A stretch of 58,418 nt of DNA, taken from NCBI GenBank assembly GCA_902788245.1, contig CADAJM010000001.1:1-58418 (forward strand). The letters are read 5' to 3'. Positions 9,468 to 18,076 of the stretch are shown piece after piece; within the stretch, counting starts at the first letter, position 1, and every line of letters begins with the position of its first letter. The notes beneath the pieces are model-generated. The model was not told the DNA's origin and did not search any database. It worked only from the letters and a program-made list of their open reading frames with translations. Source of the stretch: an uncultured Eubacteriales bacterium (GTDB taxonomy: Bacteria > Bacillota > Clostridia > Peptostreptococcales > Anaerovoracaceae). The translations under genes and the position numbers were made by a program.

Positions 9468-12400
9468 TTAGTTAGCCGGTCCCCAGACCGCATAGAGCTT
9501 GGTTTCGGCATATCCGTAGTCATCACTTTCCTTGTCGCTTCCCATCTGGAGCAGATAACGAACTGCAGTGTCAGATGTTGATGCCTTGTATTCCACATCA
9601 CTTTCTGTCCCCTGTCCTGCTGCAACAGCTTTTGTGGACCAGCCAAGGAATTTGTAGCCCGCCGCATGGGTCGGTTTGTCATTGCTTATTCGGAAGTTGT
9701 AGCTGGTATCACTGGTATACACGTGCTCGTGCTCCGGTGCTCCTGATCCTCCGTTTGCATCATATTCCAGCAAGTATTCGAACCACCATATAGCATAGAG
9801 TGTTTTCTCTCCGCTATACGTTGATGAGCCGACAGTGATTGGATATGGATTAGTAAGCAACTGAGTCAACTGGAGAAGCTCGTCGTTTGCTCTATTTGGC
9901 TCTCCGTATTTACCCTGATCTGCATTTTTGTTTTCATGCCATCCTACAAATGCCAGCCTCTTATTCTTCATGCCGGATTCAGAAATCTGCTGATTGGTCA
10001 GCGTAAATTTGCCCGTGTTCCACGAATTAGTCCCGTCGTATGTTGTAGTCGTGGTCATAGAATTCGGTGGATTAACTCCGCCGTTTGCATCGAAGTTGAG
10101 GGTGAATGTCTTGCTGCGTGGCACTCTCTTCCATACGGCGTAAATATTTACAGTATGGTTGCCGCCCTCGCACGGATCCTTATCACACTTGGCCTCTATG
10201 TCTCCCGTAATGAATCCGTTCACATATTGATTCGGATGGTTCGCTGCTGTCGAGTCAGTTCTGCTGTCTTCTGTCCACGCAATCCTGTCTTCATCCGGAA
10301 TGATCGGGTTGTCTGACGGTTCAAGCGCTTTTTTAGACCAGCCTACGAATTCATATGTATACTCTGGACTCTGATTTCTGTACGCGCTATATCCCTTGTT
10401 TGCCCAGTCATTTGCCGATGTCCATTTGTGCGAACTCTCGCTGACCTCGGTCTTAGTGCCATTGGCATTAGGATAATTCAGTGTGAGATTTCCGGAGCTG
10501 CCGGTCCAGGCAACCGTGTTGCTGTTATACGAACGTATTCCGCTGCCTCCGTTTGTGTTCAGAACAAGCTGGAAATTATGGATTGCGGTCTTCTTGAATA
10601 CAGGATAAAGCACAACGACATGTGTCGCCTTCTCACATGGATCACCCGGGTCCTCAATTATGATATTCTCCTGAATGTAACCATCGGAGTTCACAGTATA
10701 ATCCACATCAGATGTTGTGTAGTTTGTAGCCGGATCCTTCTTATCTTTTGACCAGCCGAGGAACTCATATACATAATTGTTGTCGCTGCTCTTCCTCGCG
10801 GCAAGGCGAATCTCCTCGCCTGTGTCGGCTCCGATGCCATCGCCCCAGGTATAGTCCTTCCTGGCTGTAGTTCCAAGCTCCGTATTGGTCTCAGCATCCA
10901 GCTTACCTGAGTCTTTTGAGATTCCGTTAAAGTAGCTGGATGGTAGATATGTTGCTTTCCCTTCATCCACGAGATACTCTCGAATGTCTTTGCTATCTAC
11001 TCTTGCCGGGGCAGGGCTGATGTTTTTCCAGGTTCCGTTATCTGTGTATCCCAGATTCGTCGACCCCTCGCTGCTGAATATCAGGCGGAAATTATGAATC
11101 TTCACTTCTTTCCATTGTGCATACAGAATGATATTGTGCGTGTAGCTGTCACAATCATCGTAGGCTGTGTCTTTAACTTCCAGATGTGTCGTGATATATC
11201 CATCAGCATCCATCACAATGTCAGTGCCGTTGCCATCTGCCTGGGTGTTCCAGCCGGTGAAGATATAGCGAGTGTCTGGAGACGCATCGCGCTTGGCCTT
11301 GACGATTAAATCCCTTACGTTATCAGGATCGGTACTGTCTTTCCAGAACTTTGGCTCGAATGTGTGGGAATCCGTCTTCGGATTCTCTTTCCATACATAA
11401 GGATCCGAGAACACTCTGTATGTGTTCTTGATATCATCGGTCAAAGCGATTTCAGCATTAGCATTGCCGTCATAGTATTTCTCTGCAACTTCCTTGCCGT
11501 CCTTCTCATAGGTCTTTGAGATCGTGCTTGCGGACTCATTCGCTTTGTTATTACTGAAGTCATCCTTTGTTCCATAGAGGACTTTCACATCATCCTCTTC
11601 CTCCTTGTCGGAATTCGCGGCAAAGATGATTGAGTATTGATGTAGCGGTTCTCCCACCCAAACACCGTAGAGTGTCTTTTCGTGGACCTTGGCCTCATCG
11701 TCTGTGCATGCATCAGCAGGTTTTGGATTCTGCTCATCCACATCGATCACAACTGATCCCGAAGGGATTATTCCGGCTCCCTGCGGATTCGTCGGGTCAT
11801 CCGGAGCCGTAACAGGGAACTCAATTGCAGGACTCGTCCCCGGTACATACTTATTTTTATTCAAGTCGTACTTGGTGTATGACCATCCGAGGAATGTGAA
11901 TCCCTGTCCGCTTGTGTCCTTCGTATTGACACTTGTGGCATAGAGTCCGACTCCTGTCATATCCCATTCCTGACGAGTGTTCGTCATCTCGTTTGTGACA
12001 GTATACAGATTGTCTTTTGTGATATTGGTATCACCGTTTTTCTGTTCTTTAAATTCATCATTAACCAGCTTATACACTTTATTTTCAACGCCGTCTGCTG
12101 TGCTCGGCACGTTGGCATCGTAATTGAGTTTATAAACGTGGGTCATGTTTTTGCGGAAGACCGGATAAAGCGTCACACCGTGAATGCCTCCCGCGCAGTC
12201 CTTCGCTTCAGTTGCTGACTCCTTTACGGTAATAGCATTTGTGATCTTACCGTTGTCATCGATTGGGTAATCGATGTCTTCTTTGGTAATTGTCGTGCTT
12301 GGAGTCTTTTGGCTCACATCCGTGGTCCACCCAAGGAATGTATACGTGGCTGTCCCATCCTCTTCCGGGGCTTTTTTCGCACTCGGTGTCTTCGTTGACC

Positions 12401-14501
12401 AGTAATTCGCATCCCAAGTGTACTGCGGATAATCCAGCGAAGCGTAATATGTACTTACTCCCTGTTGTGTTCCGTTGATTAAAATCGTATGAATGTCGTT
12501 ACCACTTGCAGCGATGCCTTTTCCATTAATCTCCGTAGCGTCGCCCTTGTCGAATATGACTCTGAGCTGATGCAGAGGCGACTTTCTCCATACCGCATAG
12601 AGCGTATAAGTATGAGTTGTCGGTCTGGTGCATGGCGTTTCCTCCTTAACTGTGACATCTTCTTTGAGAACACCCACAGGATCAACATCCGTATATTTCT
12701 TTCCTTTTATAGCTGACGGATCGTCCGGCAGATCGACGGTGAAGTCGACCTGAAGCGATTTTTCATCAGTGCTCGGATTCTGTTGTTTCCATGACCAGCC
12801 CAGGAATTTATAGGTTGCTTTGGTGTCGTCGTTTCTGGTCGCAAAGATACCCTTATTGCTGAAATAATCCTTATTCCATGTGTAGCTGGTAGCACTCATA
12901 TACTTTGGTGCAACTGTCTCATATTCTTCTGTATCAGGCTCGAACCAAATGCTTGATCCTGTTTGCCATGTTCGGTCGCTCTTTCTAATGTAATATAAAT
13001 ATGTACCGCCATTGAGGCTTGTGTTCAGGCGATATTTATGCATATTTTTCCAGATAGCATAAAGCGTCACCCTGTTCTTTAACACCTTGTTTACTTCTAT
13101 CATGTCTCCCGGCTGGTATTCAGGATTCTTCGAATTCTTATCTTCAGACCATCCCAAGAATACATAGCGTGGGTGTGTTGGCAGGTTTTCAATCACATTT
13201 GCCGTTGATGCGTCATCATCCGGTATTTTTTTCACCCAGGTTATTTCAGTTGTGGATGCGCCCGCATTATCCGGCATATTCGAAACTGTGTATGTATTAT
13301 TTCTATCAGCGTAATCCGGGAACTGCGTAGTATTTGAGGTATTGTCATCAAATACAAGGAAGCAGGCTTCCGGTGGTTGGAAATATGCATAAAGCGTCAG
13401 CGTCGGCTCATCCCAGTTCGGGGCAGCCGAATTGCCGGCTACCTGCCTTGCAGGTACGGGTTCTCCAAACTGATAGCAACCTTCATTACCCGCCTGTACG
13501 GCTGTCTGTCCTGCTGCAGGATCTTTGAACTTAAAGCGCTCTAAATTATCGCCCCACCATCCCCAGCGGTAGCCTTCTTCGCGAGTTGGCGTATATTTTG
13601 CATCATCTGCTTCAGCCTGATTTATCAAATTAAATGTAGGGGCCTTGTTGCTGACAGAAACCAGCGTCATTGGTTTTTGAAGTTTCTTCGGATCTCCACA
13701 CTTTGGCTGATTCATATCCGGATGATAAGCAAAACTCAGCTCATACTTCGTAGCCCATACCGCATAAAGTGTCACGGTCTTACTCGGAGTGGTTTCGACA
13801 TCAATCGTCACAGAGTTCCCAATATTTGCTTTATTATTGCCGTCCGTGGTATCGAAATCATCTCCTGTGTATGCCCATTTGCCGTCGCTTGAGTATTCAG
13901 GTTCAGTGGCTTTCGGATTTGTCGACCATCCCAGGAAGATGCGGTTTGAGTCGCTTTGCTCCTCAGGATTTTCAGGATCCTTATGCAAAGGTCCTGTCAT
14001 GCTGCCCTGAGCAGCAAGATTACTAAAGGTGTGCGTGTTTTGATTAGAAACAGCCGTTACCGGACTCGGCGCATTGGCTCCGCCGTTCGCATCGTAAATC
14101 AGCGTGTAGCCTGCCGTCCACTGAGCATAGAGATGGCTCTCTTCTTGCGTTGCCGTGTATTTGGCGGTCCCTCCGTCTCCGTACTTCGTATCATCCTGTG
14201 TCGGATTCTCTTTATCGTACCAACCGGTAAATACGAATTCCGGTCTTAGAGGTTTTTCTTTGGCCACATCAAAGACAACTGCATTGTCTCCCTCTTTATA
14301 CTTGCTCTGTTTCTCCGGTACGCCGCTGACTTTATTATCATCACCGCCTGCGTTCGCGTGATACTCCAAGGTGTACTTGTTTGCGAGTTTGAAAAGAATG
14401 CTCTCACTGTCTGTAGAGCTGAAGTATGCCAATACTATTGCCGTTCCTGCCACTAAAGCTACGAGCAGGGATGATATCAGAATTCTCTTTTTCTTATCCA
14501 T
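9468..14501 (-). CDS. Giant (1677 aa) secreted protein with a SipW-dependent-type signal peptide and about 12 expanded InlB B-repeat (Flg_new-like) modules
   Basis: N-terminus MDKKKRILISSLLVALVAGTAIVLAYFSSTD matches the AYF(T/S)D SipW-type signal. The recurrent module is Y.(L/V).(Y/F)D.NGG ... F(L/T)GW(S/T)... (T)LYA(V/I/Q)W, which I counted about 12 times by eye. There is no C-terminal anchor. A GGAGGG RBS lies upstream. Confidence 0.85.
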   Translation of the reverse strand: MDKKKRILISSLLVALVAGTAIVLAYFSSTDSESILFKLANKYTLEYHANAGGDDNKVSGVPEKQSKYKEGDNAVVFDVAKEKPLRPEFVFTGWYDKENPTQDDTKYGDGGTAKYTATQEESHLYAQWTAGYTLIYDANGGANAPSPVTAVSNQNTHTFSNLAAQGSMTGPLHKDPENPEEQSDSNRIFLGWSTNPKATEPEYSSDGKWAYTGDDFDTTDGNNKANIGNSVTIDVETTPSKTVTLYAVWATKYELSFAYHPDMNQPKCGDPKKLQKPMTLVSVSNKAPTFNLINQAEADDAKYTPTREEGYRWGWWGDNLERFKFKDPAAGQTAVQAGNEGCYQFGEPVPARQVAGNSAAPNWDEPTLTLYAYFQPPEACFLVFDDNTSNTTQFPDYADRNNTYTVSNMPDNAGASTTEITWVKKIPDDDASTANVIENLPTHPRYVFLGWSEDKNSKNPEYQPGDMIEVNKVLKNRVTLYAIWKNMHKYRLNTSLNGGTYLYYIRKSDRTWQTGSSIWFEPDTEEYETVAPKYMSATSYTWNKDYFSNKGIFATRNDDTKATYKFLGWSWKQQNPSTDEKSLQVDFTVDLPDDPSAIKGKKYTDVDPVGVLKEDVTVKEETPCTRPTTHTYTLYAVWRKSPLHQLRVIFDKGDATEINGKGIAASGNDIHTILINGTQQGVSTYYASLDYPQYTWDANYWSTKTPSAKKAPEEDGTATYTFLGWTTDVSQKTPSTTITKEDIDYPIDDNGKITNAITVKESATEAKDCAGGIHGVTLYPVFRKNMTHVYKLNYDANVPSTADGVENKVYKLVNDEFKEQKNGDTNITKDNLYTVTNEMTNTRQEWDMTGVGLYATSVNTKDTSGQGFTFLGWSYTKYDLNKNKYVPGTSPAIEFPVTAPDDPTNPQGAGIIPSGSVVIDVDEQNPKPADACTDDEAKVHEKTLYGVWVGEPLHQYSIIFAANSDKEEEDDVKVLYGTKDDFSNNKANESASTISKTYEKDGKEVAEKYYDGNANAEIALTDDIKNTYRVFSDPYVWKENPKTDSHTFEPKFWKDSTDPDNVRDLIVKAKRDASPDTRYIFTGWNTQADGNGTDIVMDADGYITTHLEVKDTAYDDCDSYTHNIILYAQWKEVKIHNFRLIFSSEGSTNLGYTDNGTWKNISPAPARVDSKDIREYLVDEGKATYLPSSYFNGISKDSGKLDAETNTELGTTARKDYTWGDGIGADTGEEIRLAARKSSDNNYVYEFLGWSKDKKDPATNYTTSDVDYTVNSDGYIQENIIIEDPGDPCEKATHVVVLYPVFKKTAIHNFQLVLNTNGGSGIRSYNSNTVAWTGSSGNLTLNYPNANGTKTEVSESSHKWTSANDWANKGYSAYRNQSPEYTYEFVGWSKKALEPSDNPIIPDEDRIAWTEDSRTDSTAANHPNQYVNGFITGDIEAKCDKDPCEGGNHTVNIYAVWKRVPRSKTFTLNFDANGGVNPPNSMTTTTTYDGTNSWNTGKFTLTNQQISESGMKNKRLAFVGWHENKNADQGKYGEPNRANDELLQLTQLLTNPYPITVGSSTYSGEKTLYAIWWFEYLLEYDANGGSGAPEHEHVYTSDTSYNFRISNDKPTHAAGYKFLGWSTKAVAAGQGTESDVEYKASTSDTAVRYLLQMGSDKESDDYGYAETKLYAVWGPAN

Positions 14502-14512
14502 TGTTCCCTCCT

Positions 14513-15061
14513 CTAGTTGCTTGTCCAGCCTTCGGCTTCAAATACAGTGCTTCCGTTATTCTTTACCTGCGTTCCTTCGGCATCAATCTTTAGATTTGTG
14601 CCATCGAAGTCGTTTCCGATATTTGGGTTTATGCTCACGCTTGTAAATAACGGTTCCGTAGTCGCTCCTGCGGCAAGCGGCTTTTTGTAATACCAATAGC
14701 CGTCCTGCAATTCCCAGCTATCAGCGTCGATGCCTATCAGCTCTATATCTTTGGTATCTGCATAAGACTCAGTGCTGTCACCTTTAACGAGGCTCGCCTT
14801 TACTCTTACCCAGGCTTCTTCATTTCCGGTATTTTTTACTCTGGCAATTCTGTCCACATCGCTTCCCGGTATTATTGTAACTTCACCGGTCACGGGAACT
14901 TCCTTTCCCTCTACCGTCTCAAATATCACAAGATCTACCTTGAGGTTGCCGGCACTGACTTTGCTTTTTACAACATCAGAAGTATACTGCGCGGCAAATA
15001 CCGCCACCCCCATGAGTATTCCGAGTATAACTGCGATGCTTAGGATTCTTCTTTTCTTCAT
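14513..15061 (-). CDS. TasA/camelysin (peptidase M73)-like SipW-type secreted protein
   Basis: 182 aa. The signal peptide is followed by AAQYTSDVVKSKVSAGNLKVDL, matching the TasA-family N-terminal pattern (A.F.D...... aG.l.vdl). First gene of the three-gene operon. Confidence 0.72.
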   Translation of the reverse strand: MKKRRILSIAVILGILMGVAVFAAQYTSDVVKSKVSAGNLKVDLVIFETVEGKEVPVTGEVTIIPGSDVDRIARVKNTGNEEAWVRVKASLVKGDSTESYADTKDIELIGIDADSWELQDGYWYYKKPLAAGATTEPLFTSVSINPNIGNDFDGTNLKIDAEGTQVKNNGSTVFEAEGWTSN

Positions 15062-15251
15062 TATTTTAACCTTCTGTTTTAAGCAATCTTACCGCTTCTT
15101 TTTCTCTGCATATAACAAAAAATGGCATTGCCGAATCTTATTTCGGTAGTGTCATACATAAACTATAACAAAGTGATGATTTTTTGGAAAGTTAACAATT
15201 GACTTTTGCCCCTTTTCTTAACGTTTTTCAATACTGGGAATATCCGAAGAT

Positions 15252-15279
15252 ATAAGAAAACGCGGCTCTTAGGCCGCGT
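15252..15279 (-). terminator. Intrinsic terminator downstream of jag
   Basis: Stem acgcggc (15260-15266) / gccgcgt (15273-15279). On the minus strand it is followed by TTTTCTT. Confidence 0.6.
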
Positions 15280-15293
15280 CTTAAGATCGTTTT

Positions 15294-16178
15294 TTAGCGC
15301 TTAGTCTCGATTACAACTTTGCGATACGGATCTTTGCCTTCGCTTCTTGTAATGACTCCCGGGTGAGCCTGCAGTGTGCAGTGGATAACCTTTCTCTCAT
15401 ACGGGTTCATCGGCTCGAGCGTAACAGGTCTGCCGTTTCTCTCGACCTTGCCCGCAAGTCTGTTTGCGAGGTTGATGAGAGTCTTTTCTCTCTTGGATCT
15501 GTAGTTCTCCGCGTCGAGGACGACTCTGATGTATTTGCCTGCTTCCTTGTTTACCACGTAGCTGGCGAGACACTGAACTGCATCGAGGGTTGAACCTCTC
15601 TTGCCGATGATTGTGCCTGTGTCTTTGCCGGTAATCTCTACAAATACGATTTCCTCTCCGGCTTTAACCACGAAATCCAGGTCGAGTCCCATCTGCTCTG
15701 CGACGTCTCTGAGGAATGCTTCTACAGGATGTCCCTCTGCAGGATCCATTTTCTTAACTTCCTCAAGTTGCTTGTCTTCGATAGAAAGGCTGTATTTCTT
15801 GCGATTTCTCTTACCCTTCTTTTCGTTTCTCTTATCCCTTGCATGCAGGGCTTCTGCTGCCTCTGCGTCGGCTGTTTCTTCTGCTTCGAACTTGTCGTAC
15901 TCTGCTCTTACTTCATCCGGAAGCTTCTGTGATGTATTCTCCGGAAGTCCTGCGAGTATGGCATCTATGTCGTCGAATGTTGCTTTCTCTTTCGGTTCGT
16001 CAGCGCTGTCCTTGATGCTGACTTTTACTTTTGCAAGTTTGGAGCCAATTCCGAGGAAACCGCTTGATGACTCTTCGAGCACTTCTACTTCTACCTCGTC
16101 TCTCTCAACTTTGAGATCTTTGAGCGCAAGCTCTACTGCGGTTTCTACATCGACGCCCCATTTTTCTGTCGATTTCAT
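15294..16178 (-). CDS. jag: RNA-binding protein Jag/KhpB (Jag_N, KH and R3H domains)
   Basis: 294 aa. C-terminal KH-like and R3H region (LEPMNPYERKVIHCTLQAHPGVITRSEG). Canonical position downstream of yidC. Confidence 0.9.
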   Translation of the reverse strand: MKSTEKWGVDVETAVELALKDLKVERDEVEVEVLEESSSGFLGIGSKLAKVKVSIKDSADEPKEKATFDDIDAILAGLPENTSQKLPDEVRAEYDKFEAEETADAEAAEALHARDKRNEKKGKRNRKKYSLSIEDKQLEEVKKMDPAEGHPVEAFLRDVAEQMGLDLDFVVKAGEEIVFVEITGKDTGTIIGKRGSTLDAVQCLASYVVNKEAGKYIRVVLDAENYRSKREKTLINLANRLAGKVERNGRPVTLEPMNPYERKVIHCTLQAHPGVITRSEGKDPYRKVVIETKR

Positions 16179-16943
16179 TTACTGTAAACTCCCTTTCATT
16201 CTGGCTTTCTTCTTCCTGGCGAGTTCTTTCTCTGCTCTTTCGACGAGTTTTTTCTGCTCTTTTTCTTCGTTGATCTTTTCTCTTATCTTATTGATTCTGA
16301 GGTTGAAGAATATCTGCATAATCTGTCCGCCGGCCCAATAAATAGCCAAGCCTGCCGGATACGATCTGGCAAGCCAGAGAATGCTCAGCGGGAAGAAGTA
16401 TTTCATAATAGCGTTCATCGCCTTAGCCTGTCCTTCAGGTGCTCCCGGCTGCGTCATGGTCATTGCCGAATTCATGCTGAAAGCAAAGAAGGTTGCAAGT
16501 CCTGCGGCTATAGGCAGTATCCACATGTCAGGCTGCGCGAGGTCCTTGATCCAAAGGAAGGACTCGTGGTTGGCGAACATCATAGTGTCGCTTGCCGGCA
16601 TGTACTTCATCGGATTTCTGAGAAGGGCGAAGAGTCCCATGATGATAGGGAACTGAATGAGCATAGGAAGACAGCCGCTGGCAGGATTGAATCCCGTCTC
16701 GGCGTAGAGCTTCTGCATCTCTTCGTTCATCTTCTCTCTGTCGTTGGCGTATCTGCGCTGGATGGCCTGGGCTTTCTCCGACATCTCTGACATGTTTGCT
16801 GATGATTTAATCTGCTTGGCGTAGAGAGGGTAGAGCACCAGTTTAACTACGAAGGTCAGGATGATAAGTGACAGTCCGTAGTTGCCTACCAGTTTATATA
16901 TTCCCATCAACAGATATCCGATAGGTTTTGCAATAATTCCCAT
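16179..16943 (-). CDS. yidC: Membrane protein insertase YidC/Oxa1 family
   Basis: 254 aa, polytopic. LSLIILTFVVKLVLYPL and GCLPMLIQFPI motifs, with a basic C-terminal tail. Confidence 0.92.
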   Translation of the reverse strand: MGIIAKPIGYLLMGIYKLVGNYGLSLIILTFVVKLVLYPLYAKQIKSSANMSEMSEKAQAIQRRYANDREKMNEEMQKLYAETGFNPASGCLPMLIQFPIIMGLFALLRNPMKYMPASDTMMFANHESFLWIKDLAQPDMWILPIAAGLATFFAFSMNSAMTMTQPGAPEGQAKAMNAIMKYFFPLSILWLARSYPAGLAIYWAGGQIMQIFFNLRINKIREKINEEKEQKKLVERAEKELARKKKARMKGSLQ

Positions 16944-16970
16944 TAATTATCTCCGTCAGTTGTTGGTTTA

Positions 16971-17198
16971 TCATGGCACCGGATCGTATCCGCCGGGACT
17001 TCCCGGATGGCATCTGAGTATCCTTTTGAAACCCAGCCACGATCCTTTGAGAGCTCCGTATTTTTCTACAGCTTCTATAAAGTATGCGCTGCAGGTCGGT
17101 GTGTATCTGCAGTGGGCTCCTATATAAGGAGAAATTCCCAGCTGATAGGCTCTCACCATGAATATCATAAATCTTTGAAATATGTTTTTTCTCTTCAT
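16971..17198 (-). CDS. yidD: Membrane protein insertion efficiency factor YidD
   Basis: 75 aa with YQLGISP.....CRYTPTCSAY...A....G...G..L...RILRCHP. Confidence 0.9.
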   Translation of the reverse strand: MKRKNIFQRFMIFMVRAYQLGISPYIGAHCRYTPTCSAYFIEAVEKYGALKGSWLGFKRILRCHPGSPGGYDPVP

Positions 17199-17200
17199 TT

Positions 17201-17560
17201 TTATTTGTCTGTTCGTCCGGATGAGAGAAGCCCTTCGGCAAACATCGCCTTTTCCATTACCTTGCGGACTTCCTGTTCTTTACTGTCGTTTATGGTATTC
17301 CTTGCTACGAATACTATGTCGTATCCTTTTTTAACTCTTCCCTCTAGAGAGCGGTAGGCTTCTTTCATGAGCCTCCTCGATCTGTTTCTCTCTACTGAGT
17401 TTCCGACTTTCTTACTCGAAACAAAGGCCGTCCTTGTGAAATCGAGATTGTTCTTTCTGTACAATACGACCACAAATCTGCTTCCTTTGGACCTGCCTCT
17501 GTTGTATACCTTGTTGAAGTCCTTTTGTTTTCTGAGTGTAAGCTCGCTGTGATCTCTCAT
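17201..17560 (-). CDS. rnpA: Ribonuclease P protein component
   Basis: 119 aa, basic. KDFNKVYNRG and NRSRRLMKEA motifs. Lies downstream of rpmH. Confidence 0.9.
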   Translation of the reverse strand: MRDHSELTLRKQKDFNKVYNRGRSKGSRFVVVLYRKNNLDFTRTAFVSSKKVGNSVERNRSRRLMKEAYRSLEGRVKKGYDIVFVARNTINDSKEQEVRKVMEKAMFAEGLLSSGRTDK

Positions 17561-17574
17561 CTTCGCTTTCAGAC

Positions 17575-17709
17575 TTAGGCAGTCAGAGATTTTCTGCCTC
17601 TTGCTCTTCTTCTCTTAAGTACCTTACGGCCGTTTGCCGTAGACATTCTTTTGCGGAATCCGTGTTCCTTGAGTCTTTGCCTTTTCTTAGGCTGATAAGT
17701 TCTTTTCAT
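17575..17709 (-). CDS. rpmH: 50S ribosomal protein L34
   Basis: Not in the ORF track because it is under 60 aa. My translation is [44 protein letters not shown], with ATG at 17709 and TAA at 17575-17577. Confidence 0.93.
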   Translation of the reverse strand: MKRTYQPKKRQRLKEHGFRKRMSTANGRKVLKRRRARGRKSLTA

Positions 17710-17907
17710 TTTAATATTCTCCTTTGCGAATATATTATAATAATAATGTAATTAATTTTCTGTTGTGCTCTCTGAATTCCAAAAGCACATAGACCAAAAC
17801 ATTATAATTTAAGGCATAAGTCAAGTCAAGAAAACCTTTGAAATATAAGGCTCTGAATGACAATTTTAATTAGTGCATAAAAAAATACATAAAATACAAA
17901 AATTGAC

Positions 17908-18036
17908 TTATACACAATATGTAGTGTCAGCCAAAACTTATTAACAATTTTATCAACAATATGTGGAAAACTTTCTTTTTGAATTAATCAACTATAACTA
18001 ATTTCAATGTATTTTGCCCTTTGATTATGTGGATAT
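17908..18036. promoter_or_regulatory. oriC upstream DnaA-box cluster (rpmH-dnaA spacer)
   Basis: Very AT-rich spacer with four 8/9 matches to TTATCCACA: TTATACACA 17908-17916, TTATCAACA 17950-17958, TGTGGAAAA 17962-17970 and TGTGGATAT 18028-18036. Confidence 0.6.
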
Positions 18037-18076
18037 CTTTATGTAAAATGTGTACATAAATCGTTGGAGAGTAACA

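Noticed and set aside
9455-9682. N-terminal 76-aa extension of the anchor-protein ORF in the track (start 9682)
   Set aside because: The extension overlaps the 3' end of the giant gene. The internal ATG at 9454 is preceded by TAAGGAGGTG and begins a proper signal peptide.
18050-18076. ATG at 18050 as the dnaA start
   Set aside because: It has no Shine-Dalgarno sequence and adds a non-conserved MYINRWRVT. TTG at 18077 has GGAGA at the correct spacing. The choice remains uncertain without experimental data.
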